From positions 418,763-482,762 of the forward strand of contig OZ245033.1 of the NCBI GenBank assembly GCA_965224025.1: 64,000 nt of DNA, given 5' to 3'. This stretch comes from Candidatus Multivorans sp. (GTDB lineage: Bacteria > Acidobacteriota > Thermoanaerobaculia > Multivoradales > Multivoraceae). Both the position numbers and the translations under genes were made by a program. The notes under the pieces are model-generated. The model was not told where the DNA came from, ran no database searches, and saw only the letters and a list, made by a program, of their open reading frames with translations. How positions within the stretch are numbered: the first letter of the stretch is position 1; the number at the start of each line of letters is the position of its first letter. Below, piece after piece: positions 1 through 11,965 of this stretch.

Positions 1-1630
<1,630 letters not shown>

Positions 1631-1633
1631 CGG

Positions 1634-3490
1634 CTAGCTCCCCTCTCGGCCGGTCACGGCGAGGTCGCCGTGCGGAATCACCAGAGTCTCGATCAGCTCA
1701 TCATCAATCGAGTAGATCTGGTACGTCACCCGCGGGTCCTCGCGCGCGGTGTCGAACGTCAGCAAACCGAAGGAGTCCTTCAGGTTGTAGCTGAACAGCG
1801 CGCCCGGCTCTACGGGGTGCGTGTGGATGTTGGTCAACTGGCCGCTCAGGAGGTCGTGGAAGGCGTAGCCGCTGTCGCGTTCGATCGCCCAGGCTTCGGA
1901 GCGGTGGCGGTCGGACGAGAGCAGGATCACGCCGGAGATGTCGCTCGCCTCGATGAAACCGAGGATCTCCTCGCGTTCTTCGGGGAAGCCCGACCAGGTG
2001 TCGCGGCTGCCGGGCTTGGCGCCGTCGGCCCAGGCTACGGGGCTTGCGATCACCTTGAAGGTGGCCTGGGAGTCGGCCAGCGAGTCGAGCAGCCAGGCCT
2101 TCTGCACCGGACCCAGCATGGTGGGCTCTTCGGCGAAGGGGTTGGTCCGGTAGGTGCGGCCGTCGAGCAGGAAGAAATCGACGTCCCCCAAGGGGAACCG
2201 AAACCAGACGCCGGGGTGGGACTCCGAAACGTAGGCCGGGTTGTTCCAGTTGCGGCGGAACAGGTCGACCATCGGTTGCTTCCACGCGGGACGGTCGACG
2301 TAGGGGCCCAGCCAGATGTCGTCGACGGCCGCGTCGTGGTCGTCCCAGATGGCGTAGACGGGGGTCGAGCTCACGAGGCGCCGGAACTCGGGGCGCGACT
2401 GGCGCTGGTAGTAGGTGTAGTCGTGGAACGGGCCGGGCGGCTCCGGCAGGTCGATGTAGACGTTGTCGCCGAGGAGGAGCAGCGCCAGCGGGGCATGGGC
2501 GGCGATCGTGTCCCACATGCGCTCATTGTCCGGCGTGTAGCCGGCGCAGCCGCCGAAGGCGACGACAAAGGTTCCGGGGGTGCCGGCGGGGGGAGAGGTG
2601 CGGAGTGTGTAAGTGGGCGACCGGGATTGCGGCGGCGGCCGGGACTGTGGCCTGTTCCGGTCGACGACGACCTGGTAGGTGTAGGTCGTGTCGGGCGAGA
2701 GGCCCTTGAGCGTTGCCGTGCCGGTGTAGTCGCGGTCGGCGGCGGTGGCGGCGGTGGCGGTGTGGCGTTCGCCGGCGGCTGTCGCGACGACTTGGAAGGG
2801 GGTCGGGACGGCGGTGCGGATCCAGATGCGAGCGCTGGTGTCGGTGACGGCGCCGAGCATGGGGCCGTGGATGATCGCGTTGTTCGGGCTCGCCGCCTGG
2901 AGCGCGAAGCCCTCGGTCGCGGCCAGGGGCGCGAGCAGCTCGCGCGGGCCGGCGAGGAAGCGGCCGAAGGGCATGCCGGCGTCGAGGGCGACGTGCATCG
3001 CCTCCTCGGCAGCGTCTATGCGATCGAGTTGGGAGAGCGCCACCGCCTTGATGAACCACGATTCGGCGTCGTCTCGGTCTTCGGCGAGCCGGGCGTCGGC
3101 AAGTTCGATAGCCCGCTCGGCGTTGCCGTCGAGGATCTCGAGGAGTTGCCGCTGCCCGCGGCGCTTGTAGTAGAGGTTCGCGGCCCGCTCCGCGAACATG
3201 CGGCGGCTCCACTCGTTCTCGGCACCGTAGTAAGGGTGCGGGGAGTCGCCTTCGTAGGCGTCGGGCGGGCCGAACTCGCCGAAGTTCTCGCCGCCGGGGT
3301 TGCCGACTTCGCGGGCGGCGAGCTCGGCGGCACGGTCCTCGGTGGGGGTGCAGGCGAGGGCTGCGGTTAGCAATGCGGCCGCCGGCCAAAGGCCGGCGAC
3401 GTTGTTTCCGCCGCCTGCGGCGGCAGCGGGCCGGAAGGCCCGCGCACCCAGAGATACGGCGTCGACCTGGCGGTGTTCTCTACTGGGCAT
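1634..3490 (-). CDS. phoD: PhoD-family alkaline phosphatase/phosphodiesterase with an N-terminal helical (TPR-like) region
   Basis: 618-aa ORF with metallophosphatase/PhoD-type motifs LLLGDNVYID, AIWDDHD, FFLLDGRTYR and LLSSDRHRSEAW, plus a lipobox LTAALAC. The first ~35 codons are encoded by a REP-A copy, so the true start is uncertain. Confidence 0.85.
   Translation of the reverse strand: MPSREHRQVDAVSLGARAFRPAAAAGGGNNVAGLWPAAALLTAALACTPTEDRAAELAAREVGNPGGENFGEFGPPDAYEGDSPHPYYGAENEWSRRMFAERAANLYYKRRGQRQLLEILDGNAERAIELADARLAEDRDDAESWFIKAVALSQLDRIDAAEEAMHVALDAGMPFGRFLAGPRELLAPLAATEGFALQAASPNNAIIHGPMLGAVTDTSARIWIRTAVPTPFQVVATAAGERHTATAATAADRDYTGTATLKGLSPDTTYTYQVVVDRNRPQSRPPPQSRSPTYTLRTSPPAGTPGTFVVAFGGCAGYTPDNERMWDTIAAHAPLALLLLGDNVYIDLPEPPGPFHDYTYYQRQSRPEFRRLVSSTPVYAIWDDHDAAVDDIWLGPYVDRPAWKQPMVDLFRRNWNNPAYVSESHPGVWFRFPLGDVDFFLLDGRTYRTNPFAEEPTMLGPVQKAWLLDSLADSQATFKVIASPVAWADGAKPGSRDTWSGFPEEREEILGFIEASDISGVILLSSDRHRSEAWAIERDSGYAFHDLLSGQLTNIHTHPVEPGALFSYNLKDSFGLLTFDTAREDPRVTYQIYSIDDELIETLVIPHGDLAVTGREGS
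3377..3486. repeat. REP-A family copy
   Basis: GCCGCCGGCCAAAGGCCGGCGAC ... GGGCCGGAAGGCCCGC GCACCCAGAGAT ... GTTCTCTACTGGG. Confidence 0.8.
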
Positions 3491-3518
3491 GCAGGGCTAT
3501 CGCTGCGGCACCCGAAGA

Positions 3519-4832
3519 TCACCGGTCGACGAAGGCGCCATCTTCGGTGGTCAGGGTGCTCCAGTCCTTCTCCTGGAAGGGGTACTTCGCGGCCACTTCC
3601 TCGTCGAGGTCGATGCCGAGACCGGGGCGGCTGGGGAGCGGGGCAAAACCGCGGTCGTAGGAGAAGTGGCCGCCGTAGAAGAGGTCCTGCCAGAACGGGT
3701 CCTGGCCGCTGCCGATCTCGAGGATGGTGCAGTTCGGGGTGCAGGCGCAGACGTGCATCGACGCCAGCGTGCTGACCTCGCTCTGCGGGTTGTGCGGCGA
3801 GACGTCGACGCGGAAGCCCTCGGCCATGATCGCGATCTTGCGCAGTTCGGAGATGCCGCCGACGTGGACGACGTCCGGCATGATCACGTCGACGAGCCGT
3901 TCGGAGCACAGCGGCGCGAAGTGGTAGCGCGAGGTGAGGCGCTCGCCGGTCGCCAAGGGCACGCGGGTCTGGGCGCGGATCTGCCGCACCTCCTCGATCA
4001 CCTCGTTCTCGAGCTGGGTGACTTCCTCCACCCAGAACGGCCGAAACTCCTCCACCCGGTTGCAGAACTCGACCGCGGAGAGCGGGGTCGGCTTGCCGTG
4101 CGCCTCGACGATGATGTCGAAGTCCGGGCCCACGATGTCGCGCACCTTGGCGAGGTGTTCGACGCCGCGGCGGATCGACACGCGGTGGTTGATGGGCCGG
4201 CCGCCCGGGTAGAAGCCGCCTTTGACGCAGGTCCAGCCGGCTTCCTTCTTCTGCCGCCAGAGGTCGAGGGCCTCCTCTTCGTCCGCGGCGCGGCGTTTCT
4301 CGCGGTGGCTGATGCGCTCGAGGTAGCCCTCGTGGCAGTAGAGCCGCACCCGGTCACGCGCCTTGCCGCCGAGGAGTTGCCAGATCGGCTGGCCGAGGGC
4401 CTGGCCGAGGATGTCCCACATGGCGACCTCGACCGCGGAGAGCGCCGACATGAGCACCGGGCCGCCGCGGTAGCGGGGGCCGATGAACATGCCGCGCCAG
4501 TGGCGCTCGATCTCGGTCGGGTCCTTGCCGACCAGGTAGCGCTTGTGGTTCTCAATGGCGGCCGCGACGACTTCGCCCTTGTTGGAGAGGGTGCCTTCGC
4601 CGAGGCCGGTGATTCCCTGGTTGGTGTAAAGCTTGACGAAGACGAAGTTCTCGTCGTTGCCGGCGTCGACGAGGAAGGTGCGGAGGTCGGTTATGCGGAG
4701 GTTGAGGGGCTTGGCGTCTTCGAACGTCTTCTCGAGGGGGCCGGGTTCTTGGGCCGGCAGGACGCGGGCGGTGGCGGCCGTGGCCAGGCCGAGCGCGGCC
4801 GTGAGGAGGGTCCTGCGATCGAGGTCAGTCAT
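3519..4832 (-). CDS. Enolase-superfamily enzyme (mandelate racemase/muconate lactonizing, galactonate-dehydratase-like) with a twin-arginine signal
   Basis: The track ORF 3519..5039 reads through a REP element. Internal ATG 4832 gives MTDLDRRTLLTAALGLATAATARVLPAQ (a Tat-type RR motif). This is followed by VKLYTNQGITGLGEGT and AVEVAMWDILGQALGQPIWQLLGG, typical of MR/MLE-family dehydratases. Confidence 0.85.
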   Translation of the reverse strand: MTDLDRRTLLTAALGLATAATARVLPAQEPGPLEKTFEDAKPLNLRITDLRTFLVDAGNDENFVFVKLYTNQGITGLGEGTLSNKGEVVAAAIENHKRYLVGKDPTEIERHWRGMFIGPRYRGGPVLMSALSAVEVAMWDILGQALGQPIWQLLGGKARDRVRLYCHEGYLERISHREKRRAADEEEALDLWRQKKEAGWTCVKGGFYPGGRPINHRVSIRRGVEHLAKVRDIVGPDFDIIVEAHGKPTPLSAVEFCNRVEEFRPFWVEEVTQLENEVIEEVRQIRAQTRVPLATGERLTSRYHFAPLCSERLVDVIMPDVVHVGGISELRKIAIMAEGFRVDVSPHNPQSEVSTLASMHVCACTPNCTILEIGSGQDPFWQDLFYGGHFSYDRGFAPLPSRPGLGIDLDEEVAAKYPFQEKDWSTLTTEDGAFVDR

Positions 4833-4864
4833 GCGGGGTTGGCTCTCGGCGAAGACGTGACGGT

Positions 4865-5079
4865 TGCAGTAGAGAACCGCATCGACACGACGGCGGTGCT
4901 CTGGGTGCGCGGGTCTTCTGACCCGCTCTCGGGCGAAGCCGCGAAGCGGCCAAGCCCGGAAGAACAGGGCCGCCGGCCGAAGGCCGGCGACGTTGCTTCT
5001 GGCCGCCTTCGGCGGCAGCGGGTCAGAAGACCCGCGCACCCAGAGATACGGTGCGGCGTGGATGAAACGCCCTGCTGCA
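4865..5079. repeat. REP-A family full-length palindromic element (~215 bp)
   Basis: The left arm is TGCAGTAGAGAAC..GCTCTGGGTGCGCGGGTCTTCTGACCCGC. The centre carries the hairpins GCCGCGAAGCGGC and GCCGGCCGAAGGCCGGC. The right arm is GCGGGTCAGAAGACCCGCGCACCCAGAGAT..CCCTGCTGCA. Confidence 0.85.
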
Positions 5080-5088
5080 AGTGGGGTC

Positions 5089-6609
5089 TCACCTTGCGTC
5101 GCCTCCGTGTTCGTCGACGAAGCGCCAATCGTGGCGGGCCTTCTCGTAGCCGGGGTTGATCGTCATTTCGCCGGCGCCGATCTGCTGGCGCCAGGCGACG
5201 AGTTGCTGGAGGAGGCTGTCGGAGAGTTCGGGTTTCTCCGCCGCGAGGTCGGCCGTTTCGCCTGGGTCGGCGTTGAGGTCGAAGAGGCTGACCGCGGGGC
5301 CGACGCCGGCGATGGAGCCTTCGAACCACTCGATCAGCTTGTGGTCGCCCTGCCGGATGGCGCCCGCCGGCATGTAGCCGAGGTGGTGGTAGTGCGGGTA
5401 GTGGAAGAAGAGCGTGTCGCGGTCCAGTGAGCCGCTTCCGTCGAGCACCGGCAGGAGGCTCAGACCGTCGATGTCGGCGGGCAGGTCGGTGACGCCGAGG
5501 ATGCCGGCGATCGTCGGGAAGAAGTCGTCCGAGGTGATCAGCTCGTCGTTGACGCTGCCGGGCGCCACCACGCCCGGCCACTTGACGGCCATCGGCACGC
5601 GGACCCCGCCTTCCCAGATCATCGCCTTGCCGCCGCGGAACGGGTCCTGCTCCTGGAGCTGCTCGAAGCCGCCGTTGTCGGAGTAGAAGATGACGATCGT
5701 GCGCTCGGTCAGGCCGTGCTCCTCGATGCGGTCGAGGATCTGCCCGAAACCGGTGTCCATCGTCTCGATCATCGCGCCCATGACCGGGTTGTTCACCGGG
5801 TCAGAGGCTTTGGGCTTCCCCTCGTACCTGGCGATCAGCTTCGGGTCCTCCAGCAGCGGACGATGGACCACGTGGTGCGAGACGTAGAGGAAGAACGGCT
5901 GCTCCCGGTTCGCGTCGAGAAACGCGAGCGACCGTTCGGTGATCTCGCGGGCGTGGTGGGCGTCGGCTAAGGGGTCGTCCTCGTACTCCGGCTTGACGGT
6001 GGTCAGGATGTCGTCGAAGCCTTGGGAGCCCGGGTCCATCGGTCGACCGGGCACGTACTCCTTGTCGACGTTCAGGTGCCACTTGCCGAAGTGGCCGGTG
6101 GCGTAGCCCTGGGACTTGAACAGCTCGGCGATGGTGACTTCCTCGAGCGGGAGTCCGGGCACTTCGGCGGGTCGGAGAAGGCGGGCGTAGGGGTAGGGGC
6201 TGCCGGGGATGTAGTCGGTGATCTGGAGGCGGGCCGGGTTCTTGCCTGTCATCAGGCTGGCCCGGGTCGGTGAACAGACGGGGTTCGCGGAGTAGGCGTT
6301 CGAGAACTGCATGCCGGCCGCGGCGACGGCGTCGATGTTCGGGGTCTCGTAGAAGGTCGTGCCGTGGTAGCCGACCTGGTTCCAGGCGAGGTCGTCGGCG
6401 AGGAAGAGAACGACGTTCCAGGGGGTTGGCGTGTCGGCTTCAGGCGCCGGGTCGGGGGCCGGGCCGCAGGCCGCCAGGAGGAGGGTCGCTGCAACTGCAG
6501 TAGAGAACCTGGCTACGCCGACGGCCGTTCTCTGGGTACGCGGACCCTCTGGTCCGCTTGCCGCCGAAGGCGGCGTCAGAATCGCCGCCGGCGAAGCCGG
6601 CGACCGCAT
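5089..6609 (-). CDS. Arylsulfatase (formylglycine-dependent sulfatase family), lipoprotein
   Basis: Shows the sulfatase signature CSPTRASLMTG, LADDLAWNQVGYHG and GKWHL, with a lipobox LLLAACG. There is no ATG/GTG/TTG directly before the signal peptide. The in-frame ATGs at 6609 and 6720 both lie inside the REP-A copy, so the 5' end is uncertain. Confidence 0.85.
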   Translation of the reverse strand: MRSPASPAAILTPPSAASGPEGPRTQRTAVGVARFSTAVAATLLLAACGPAPDPAPEADTPTPWNVVLFLADDLAWNQVGYHGTTFYETPNIDAVAAAGMQFSNAYSANPVCSPTRASLMTGKNPARLQITDYIPGSPYPYARLLRPAEVPGLPLEEVTIAELFKSQGYATGHFGKWHLNVDKEYVPGRPMDPGSQGFDDILTTVKPEYEDDPLADAHHAREITERSLAFLDANREQPFFLYVSHHVVHRPLLEDPKLIARYEGKPKASDPVNNPVMGAMIETMDTGFGQILDRIEEHGLTERTIVIFYSDNGGFEQLQEQDPFRGGKAMIWEGGVRVPMAVKWPGVVAPGSVNDELITSDDFFPTIAGILGVTDLPADIDGLSLLPVLDGSGSLDRDTLFFHYPHYHHLGYMPAGAIRQGDHKLIEWFEGSIAGVGPAVSLFDLNADPGETADLAAEKPELSDSLLQQLVAWRQQIGAGEMTINPGYEKARHDWRFVDEHGGDAR

Positions 6610-6709
6610 TTTCCGGGCTACGCCGCTCCGCGGCTTCGCCCGGGAGCGGACCAGAAGGTCCGCGCACCCAGAGAACGGGCGGTGCCGTGGGCGCGATTCT
6701 CTACGCAAC
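6495..6709. repeat. REP-A family full-length palindromic element (~215 bp)
   Basis: CTGCAGTAGAGAAC..CGTTCTCTGGGTACGCGGACCCTCTGGTCCGC .. GCCGCCGAAGGCGGC .. GCCGGCGAAGCCGGC .. GCGGACCAGAAGGTCCGCGCACCCAGAGAAC..GATTCTCTACGCAAC. Confidence 0.85.
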
Positions 6710-6735
6710 CTAAGGGTCATCGTCTATTCGCCTCC

Positions 6736-8295
6736 TCACGCCTCGCTTCGCTTTCGGTCTTTCCAGCCAGCATAGGTCAAGTTGCGGTCCACCTCGCGGG
6801 CCGGGAAGAAGTAGCTCGCCGCCCAGGCGACGACGAAGAGCACGATGTGACTGTAGACGCCGAGCATGTAGTTGTGCTGCGTGTAGTTGAGCGGGCCCAA
6901 GTCGAGCAGAATGCGCGGCTCGCCGCCGAGGCTGAACTCGGTGGACGTCAGCAGCGCCGCCGCGGTGAAGAGCACGCAGACGCCGACGCCGACGTAGAGG
7001 CCCTGCTTGTTCACGCGCGGCACGAAGATGCCGAGCAGGAACATGCCGGCGATGCCGCCCGAGAAGATCGCGTAGAGGGCGAACACGGTCGCCAGCACGC
7101 CCGCGTCGCCGACGGCGGCATAGATGAGCGCGACCACGATGGAGCCGACGCCCGACAGGACGACGACGATCTTCCCCACGCGGACGCGCTGGGCCTCCGT
7201 GCTCCGCGGCCGGAGCTTCTTGTAGTAGTCGTCGACGGCGACCGCGGCGAGGCAGTTGAGGTCCGAGTCGAGCGACGAGATCGCCGCGGCGAGCAGCGCC
7301 GCGATGATGAGCCCGATGACGCCCACCGGCATCTCGTTCAGGATGAAGTGCGGGAACACGGCGTCGGCGCGGAGGCCGTCCGGCAGCGTCGCGGACCCCT
7401 GGTAGAAGGCGTAGAGCGCCGTGCCGATGAACATGAACATCACCCACACCGGCACCACCATCAGCACCCCGCCGATCGAGGCTCGGATCGCTTCCTTGTC
7501 CGACCTGGCGGTCAGGTAGCGCTGCACCATCGTCTGGTCGGTGCCGTACTTCTGGACGGCGTAGAAGATGCCGTTGATCGCCATGACCCAGAAGGTCAGT
7601 TCGACCAGGTTCCAGTCGAACGAGCCGAGGCTCACCTTGTTCTCGGCCGCCGCGATGGTGAACACCTGGCCCAGGCCGCCGTCGAGCTTGACGGCGATGA
7701 CGAGCAGGGTCACGAGGCCGCCCAGGATGAGCAGCACCCCCTGGATCACGTCGAGCCAGATGACCGCCTCCATCCCGCCGAGGAGCGTCAGGACGGTCAC
7801 CACCAGGCCAAGGACCACGATCACCGTGACGACGCCGATGCCCGTCATGCTGGAGACCGCCAGCGCGAGCAGAAAGAACACGGAACCCATGCCGGCGAAC
7901 TGCGCCAGCACGAAGGCCAGCGAGGCGTAGAGCCGCGCGAGGTAACCGAACCGCCGCTCGAAGTACTCGTAGGCGCTGAGCCCGATGACCTTGCGGTACA
8001 TCGGCACGATGAAGCCGATGCCGGCCAGCACGACGACCGGCACCATGAGCCCCTGCACCAGGCGCACCCAGTTGCCGGCGAAGCCGTCGCCCGGGTAGGC
8101 CAGGAAGGTGATGCTGCTGATCAGCGTCGCGAAGATGGACAGGCCGATCGCCCATACCGGGACGTTACGGCCGGCGGCGAAGTACTTCGAAGTCGTCGAC
8201 TGGGCCTTCGCGAAGCGGAGGCCCACGCCTAACGACAGGACGAGGCTCGCCCCGATGATCAGGTAGTCGAGGAGGTGGAGGGATGGGGTGTCCAT
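6736..8295 (-). CDS. Sodium:solute symporter (SSS) family transporter
   Basis: 519-aa polytopic hydrophobic ORF. The N-terminus YFAAGRNVPVWAIGLSIFATLISSITFLAYPG is typical of SSS permeases. Confidence 0.9.
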   Translation of the reverse strand: MDTPSLHLLDYLIIGASLVLSLGVGLRFAKAQSTTSKYFAAGRNVPVWAIGLSIFATLISSITFLAYPGDGFAGNWVRLVQGLMVPVVVLAGIGFIVPMYRKVIGLSAYEYFERRFGYLARLYASLAFVLAQFAGMGSVFFLLALAVSSMTGIGVVTVIVVLGLVVTVLTLLGGMEAVIWLDVIQGVLLILGGLVTLLVIAVKLDGGLGQVFTIAAAENKVSLGSFDWNLVELTFWVMAINGIFYAVQKYGTDQTMVQRYLTARSDKEAIRASIGGVLMVVPVWVMFMFIGTALYAFYQGSATLPDGLRADAVFPHFILNEMPVGVIGLIIAALLAAAISSLDSDLNCLAAVAVDDYYKKLRPRSTEAQRVRVGKIVVVLSGVGSIVVALIYAAVGDAGVLATVFALYAIFSGGIAGMFLLGIFVPRVNKQGLYVGVGVCVLFTAAALLTSTEFSLGGEPRILLDLGPLNYTQHNYMLGVYSHIVLFVVAWAASYFFPAREVDRNLTYAGWKDRKRSEA

Positions 8296-8357
8296 GGGCT
8301 AGTTACCGCCCGACGACCGTTGATGCTCGGGCTCGCCGCTTCGCGACTGTTCTTCCT

Positions 8358-8535
8358 CCCGGGCCAGAAGACCCGGGCTACGTGCGGACCAGAAGGTCCG
8401 CGCACCCAGAGAACGGTCGTCGATGCGGCGTGACTCTCTACTGCAACTGCGTCCTCCGAAGACCCGCGGGCGAAGCCGCGAAGCGGCGAAGCCCGAACGA
8501 AACGGCCGCCGGCCGAAGGCCGGCGACCTTGTTCC
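8358..8535. repeat. REP-A family copy (rearranged module order)
   Basis: GGGCCAGAAGACCCGG .. GCGGACCAGAAGGTCCGCGCACCCAGAGAAC .. CTCTCTACTGCAAC .. GCCGCGAAGCGGC .. GCCGGCCGAAGGCCGGC. Confidence 0.8.
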
Positions 8536-8565
8536 ACCGCGCAGCGAACACGCCGCGGCTACTCC

Positions 8566-11334
8566 CTAGAACGACCAGCGCATGCCGGCGTTGAAGGTCC
8601 GGCCCGTGATGTCGTACTGGGAAGCCCGGCTCGCGATGCCCCGGTAGAGGTAGACCACCTCTTCCGTGATGTTGTTCGCCTGCAGGAACAGCTCGAGACC
8701 GCTGTCGAAAAGATAGGTGAACGAGTAGTCGAGGTACATCGCCGAGTCGTTCCACTCGTCCGAACCGGCCTCCTCGCCGACCTCGCTCAGCCACCTGCCG
8801 CTCGTGTTGAGGGCGAGCCGGGTCAGGATCCGGTTCTTCTCGTAGATGAGCGCCAGGTTGCCCATGGTCTCCCTCTGTTCCGGCAGCACGTTGATGTCGT
8901 CGCGATCGCTCTGCTCACCGAGATCGATGCTCATCACGTCGGTGTACGTGAAGTTCGCGTAGATGCCGAAGCCCGAGTCCCAATGCTGCTGCCAGGCGAC
9001 CTCGATGCCCATCAGGTCCGCGTTGCCGCCGTTGACCGGTTCCTCCACGTCGAAGCCGTCGAACTCCCCGCCGCGCTGGGTCGTCGCGGCGACGAAGTTG
9101 AAGTCGTCGATGCTCTTGAAGAACACGCCGCCGGAAATGATGCCGACGTTGTCGAAGAACCGCTCGACCAGGAAGTCGAGGTTGTTCGAGAGCGCCGGAT
9201 CGAGGTGCGGGTTGCCCCGCACGATCTCCTCGTCGTCCGTGTGGGTGTAGGAGAACGGCATCGAATCCCAGAAGTTGGGCCGGGCCATGCCGCGCGTGAA
9301 GGCGGCTCGCAGGAGGGTCTCCTCCGACAGGGCGTAGCGGAACTGAAGGTTGGGATAGACGAAGTCGTAGGACCGCGACACGCTTTCCTGCGTGTTCCCG
9401 AGCACGTCGTCGTCATTGACCACGAGGTTCGCCGCCGAGTAGTCCAGGTCGTTGAACTCGCCCCGGACGCCCACCAGCATCGTCAGCCGTCCGTACTCCT
9501 GGGTGGTCATCGCGTAGACGCTGGTGATGTCCTCCTCGGCGTTGTACGGCTCGCCCAGGTTCACGTCGTTACGCACCTCCTCAACGAACCCGCCCGGGCC
9601 CTGGTTGGCGTAGAAGAAGGAGCGGAAACCCGAACGGTTGTACTCCTGGCCGAGGTTGTAACCGCCCTCGGTGATGTTCGTGCCCCCGGCCTCGAACTGG
9701 TTGAGGAAGAGGTCGTCATCGCCCTTCCACTTCCACTTCGAGCGCAGGTCGGCGCGCTCCTTCTGCAGCGCGCGGAGCTTCACGCCCAACTTGAACTCGC
9801 CGGTATCGCTGCCCCACTGCATCGGCCTGGTCAAGTCCAGCTTGGCGGTGTCGATCGTGCTGGTCGTGTTCTCGAACTTCTCGTCCACGGCGTCGAACTC
9901 GAAGACACCGCTGTCATGGATGTCCCGCCGGGTCGAATCCCAACCCGGCGCCTTGCCGCCGATGTCGGTCACGCTCAGGTCGAACCCGCGGGCCTGGAAC
10001 TCCGGCTTGAGCTGCCCTTCCGGCTTCTTGGTGAAAGCGGCGCTCGTCGACAGCGAGAAGTCGAGCACGGACAGACCCAGCCGGTGCTCCCCGCTGACGC
10101 TGTAGGCCGTGATCTCCTGCTCCTCGAGGCGATCGTGCAGGGACTTCACCAATCTCAGGCCCTCGACCTCCGTGGGGCTGATGTAGTCGCCCTTGTCCCA
10201 GCGGATCCGCGTGATCTGGCGGTCCTGGTCGTCTTCGCGGTAGTTCTGCACCACGCTGAAATCGAGCTTGTGGTTGTCGTTGAGGCGGACCTCGAGTCGC
10301 GCGTTGGCGCCGTACCGGTCACGATCGTTGGCCGAGAACTGTGCCTCCGTGTTCCTGAGCGCATAGGGAATCTCCGCGCCGCCGACGGTCTCCCGGTCGC
10401 CCCACTTGTGCTCGTTGTTGTGGCGCTCGGCCGCGGTGCGCGCGAAGTTGACGCCGATCGAGAACCCCAGGTTCTGGTTCGTGCCCACCACGGTCGAGTA
10501 GTTGAACGCCGAGCGCGAGTGGGTGCCCTCGGCGATCGAGTTGTCGCCCATGCCCAACGTGAAGTTCGTCACGCCGTCCGGCTGGTCGAACGCGCTCCGC
10601 GTCTTCAGGTTGACCGCGCCGCCGACCGAGTCGGCGTCCATGTCCGGCGTCAGGACCTTCGTCACCTCGATGCCGGTCAACTGAGCGGCCGAGATGACGT
10701 CGAGCTCGACCATGCGATTCGCGCTGTTCGAGTACGCCACCTGCTGGCCGTTGATCGTGATGTTCGTCATCGCCGAGGGCGTGCCGCGCATGGAGACGAA
10801 ACGGCCCTCGCCGTTGTCGCGGGTGATGGCGACGCCGCTGACGCGCTGCAGCACCTCGGCCGTGTTCAGGTCGGGGAAGCTCTGGATCTGCTCCTCGGAA
10901 AGGACGTTCTTGATGTTGATCGCCTGCTTCTGGTCGTTCAGCGCCTTGCTCTGCCCGAACCGGACGGCCTGCACGACGATCTCGTCGGCGAACTCGTACC
11001 GGGCGTCGAGCGCGATCGGCAGGGTCACCGTTTCCGACGCGGTCACCGTGACGCTGGCCTCGAAGTCCTCGAAGCCGACGTAGTTCACCACCAGCGTGTA
11101 GTCGCCGGCGGGCACGCCGTCGAGGCGGTAGCGGCCGTCGCTGCCCGAGCGCGTCTTGTACTGCGTGTCCTCGAGCGCGACCTCGGCGCCCGGAAGCAGG
11201 GCGCCGGATTCCTTCTCGGTGATCGTGCCCTGTACGGACGGGCCGGCCTGTGCCCAGGCCGTGCCCAGGCAGAAGAACACAGCCAGGGCCGTGATGCCGG
11301 CAAAATTCAGAAGGTTCGCGAGTCGCTGTTTCAT
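8566..11334 (-). CDS. TonB-dependent receptor with an N-terminal carboxypeptidase-regulatory-like domain
   Basis: Internal ATG 11334 is preceded by GGGGGAGA and gives the signal peptide [31 protein letters not shown] plug region ([28 protein letters not shown]) follows, and the protein ends in a C-terminal beta-barrel motif, FNAGMRWSF. The track ORF 8566..11883 is a read-through from an upstream gene remnant. Confidence 0.9.
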   Translation of the reverse strand: MKQRLANLLNFAGITALAVFFCLGTAWAQAGPSVQGTITEKESGALLPGAEVALEDTQYKTRSGSDGRYRLDGVPAGDYTLVVNYVGFEDFEASVTVTASETVTLPIALDARYEFADEIVVQAVRFGQSKALNDQKQAINIKNVLSEEQIQSFPDLNTAEVLQRVSGVAITRDNGEGRFVSMRGTPSAMTNITINGQQVAYSNSANRMVELDVISAAQLTGIEVTKVLTPDMDADSVGGAVNLKTRSAFDQPDGVTNFTLGMGDNSIAEGTHSRSAFNYSTVVGTNQNLGFSIGVNFARTAAERHNNEHKWGDRETVGGAEIPYALRNTEAQFSANDRDRYGANARLEVRLNDNHKLDFSVVQNYREDDQDRQITRIRWDKGDYISPTEVEGLRLVKSLHDRLEEQEITAYSVSGEHRLGLSVLDFSLSTSAAFTKKPEGQLKPEFQARGFDLSVTDIGGKAPGWDSTRRDIHDSGVFEFDAVDEKFENTTSTIDTAKLDLTRPMQWGSDTGEFKLGVKLRALQKERADLRSKWKWKGDDDLFLNQFEAGGTNITEGGYNLGQEYNRSGFRSFFYANQGPGGFVEEVRNDVNLGEPYNAEEDITSVYAMTTQEYGRLTMLVGVRGEFNDLDYSAANLVVNDDDVLGNTQESVSRSYDFVYPNLQFRYALSEETLLRAAFTRGMARPNFWDSMPFSYTHTDDEEIVRGNPHLDPALSNNLDFLVERFFDNVGIISGGVFFKSIDDFNFVAATTQRGGEFDGFDVEEPVNGGNADLMGIEVAWQQHWDSGFGIYANFTYTDVMSIDLGEQSDRDDINVLPEQRETMGNLALIYEKNRILTRLALNTSGRWLSEVGEEAGSDEWNDSAMYLDYSFTYLFDSGLELFLQANNITEEVVYLYRGIASRASQYDITGRTFNAGMRWSF

Positions 11335-11501
11335 GGCGCAGTCTCCCCCAAAGAAGTAGATATGAGTTAGACCACCCCCGCTCACGACAGCAGGGGTGTT
11401 GATCGGTTCCCTGGGGGCGCTATCGGGCCGATAGCCGCCACAAACGCTGTTGGAGCAAGCTAGCACACAGGGCCGCCACCAAGTGGTCCAACGGCTGGGA
11501 G

Positions 11502-11796
11502 ATCCGGCGTCCCACTCTTCGAACGTCACCTCACGGACGCCGATGGCGAAGGGCTGGGCGATCGTTACCTGGTGCGCGGGGGATTCATCGTCGTAGCGGC
11601 CGGGTTCGTCCGGGGGCGAGCCCATGAGGAAGGAGCCCGCGGGGACGACGACCATCTCGGGGCAGACGTCGCAGTCGCGGAAGGTGGTGCCGGGGTCGGG
11701 CGGGGCTTGTGCTGCGGCTGCGGCGGCGGTGCTGAAGATCGACGCAGTAGCGACGAGCAGCAGGCTGAACCTTGGGTGCGCACCAGGGGACCGCAT
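11502..11796 (-). pseudogene. Truncated formylglycine-generating-enzyme (SUMF1/FGE-sulfatase domain) gene remnant
   Basis: Signal peptide [21 protein letters not shown] is followed by [57 protein letters not shown]. Similarity then stops, and the frame stays open into the TonB-receptor gene with no stop. Confidence 0.6.
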
Positions 11797-11892
11797 CGTT
11801 CTCCCGAGTCGGCGGGGTGTGGTCGGAGTTGCCTTGGGATCGTAGCGCCTGGAGAAAGGAGCGAGGCCTGCGGCCTCGCGCAACTTCGCCCC

Positions 11893-11965
11893 GGAAGCGG
11901 ATCAGAAGGTCCGCGCACCCAGAGAACGGCCTTCCCCGGAGCGGGACTCTCTACTGCAAACCTAC
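11893..11965. repeat. REP-A family copy (half element)
   Basis: GCGGATCAGAAGGTCCGCGCACCCAGAGAAC..CTCTCTACTGCAAAC. Confidence 0.8.

Noticed and set aside
11335-11520. Cobalamin or other riboswitch upstream of the first TonB receptor
   Set aside because: An AGGGAAC element and GC hairpins (e.g. GGCGGCTATCGG/CCGATAGCGCC) are present. There is no B12 box (GCCACTG) and no other riboswitch core that I recognise. The region also overlaps the tail of the FGE remnant.
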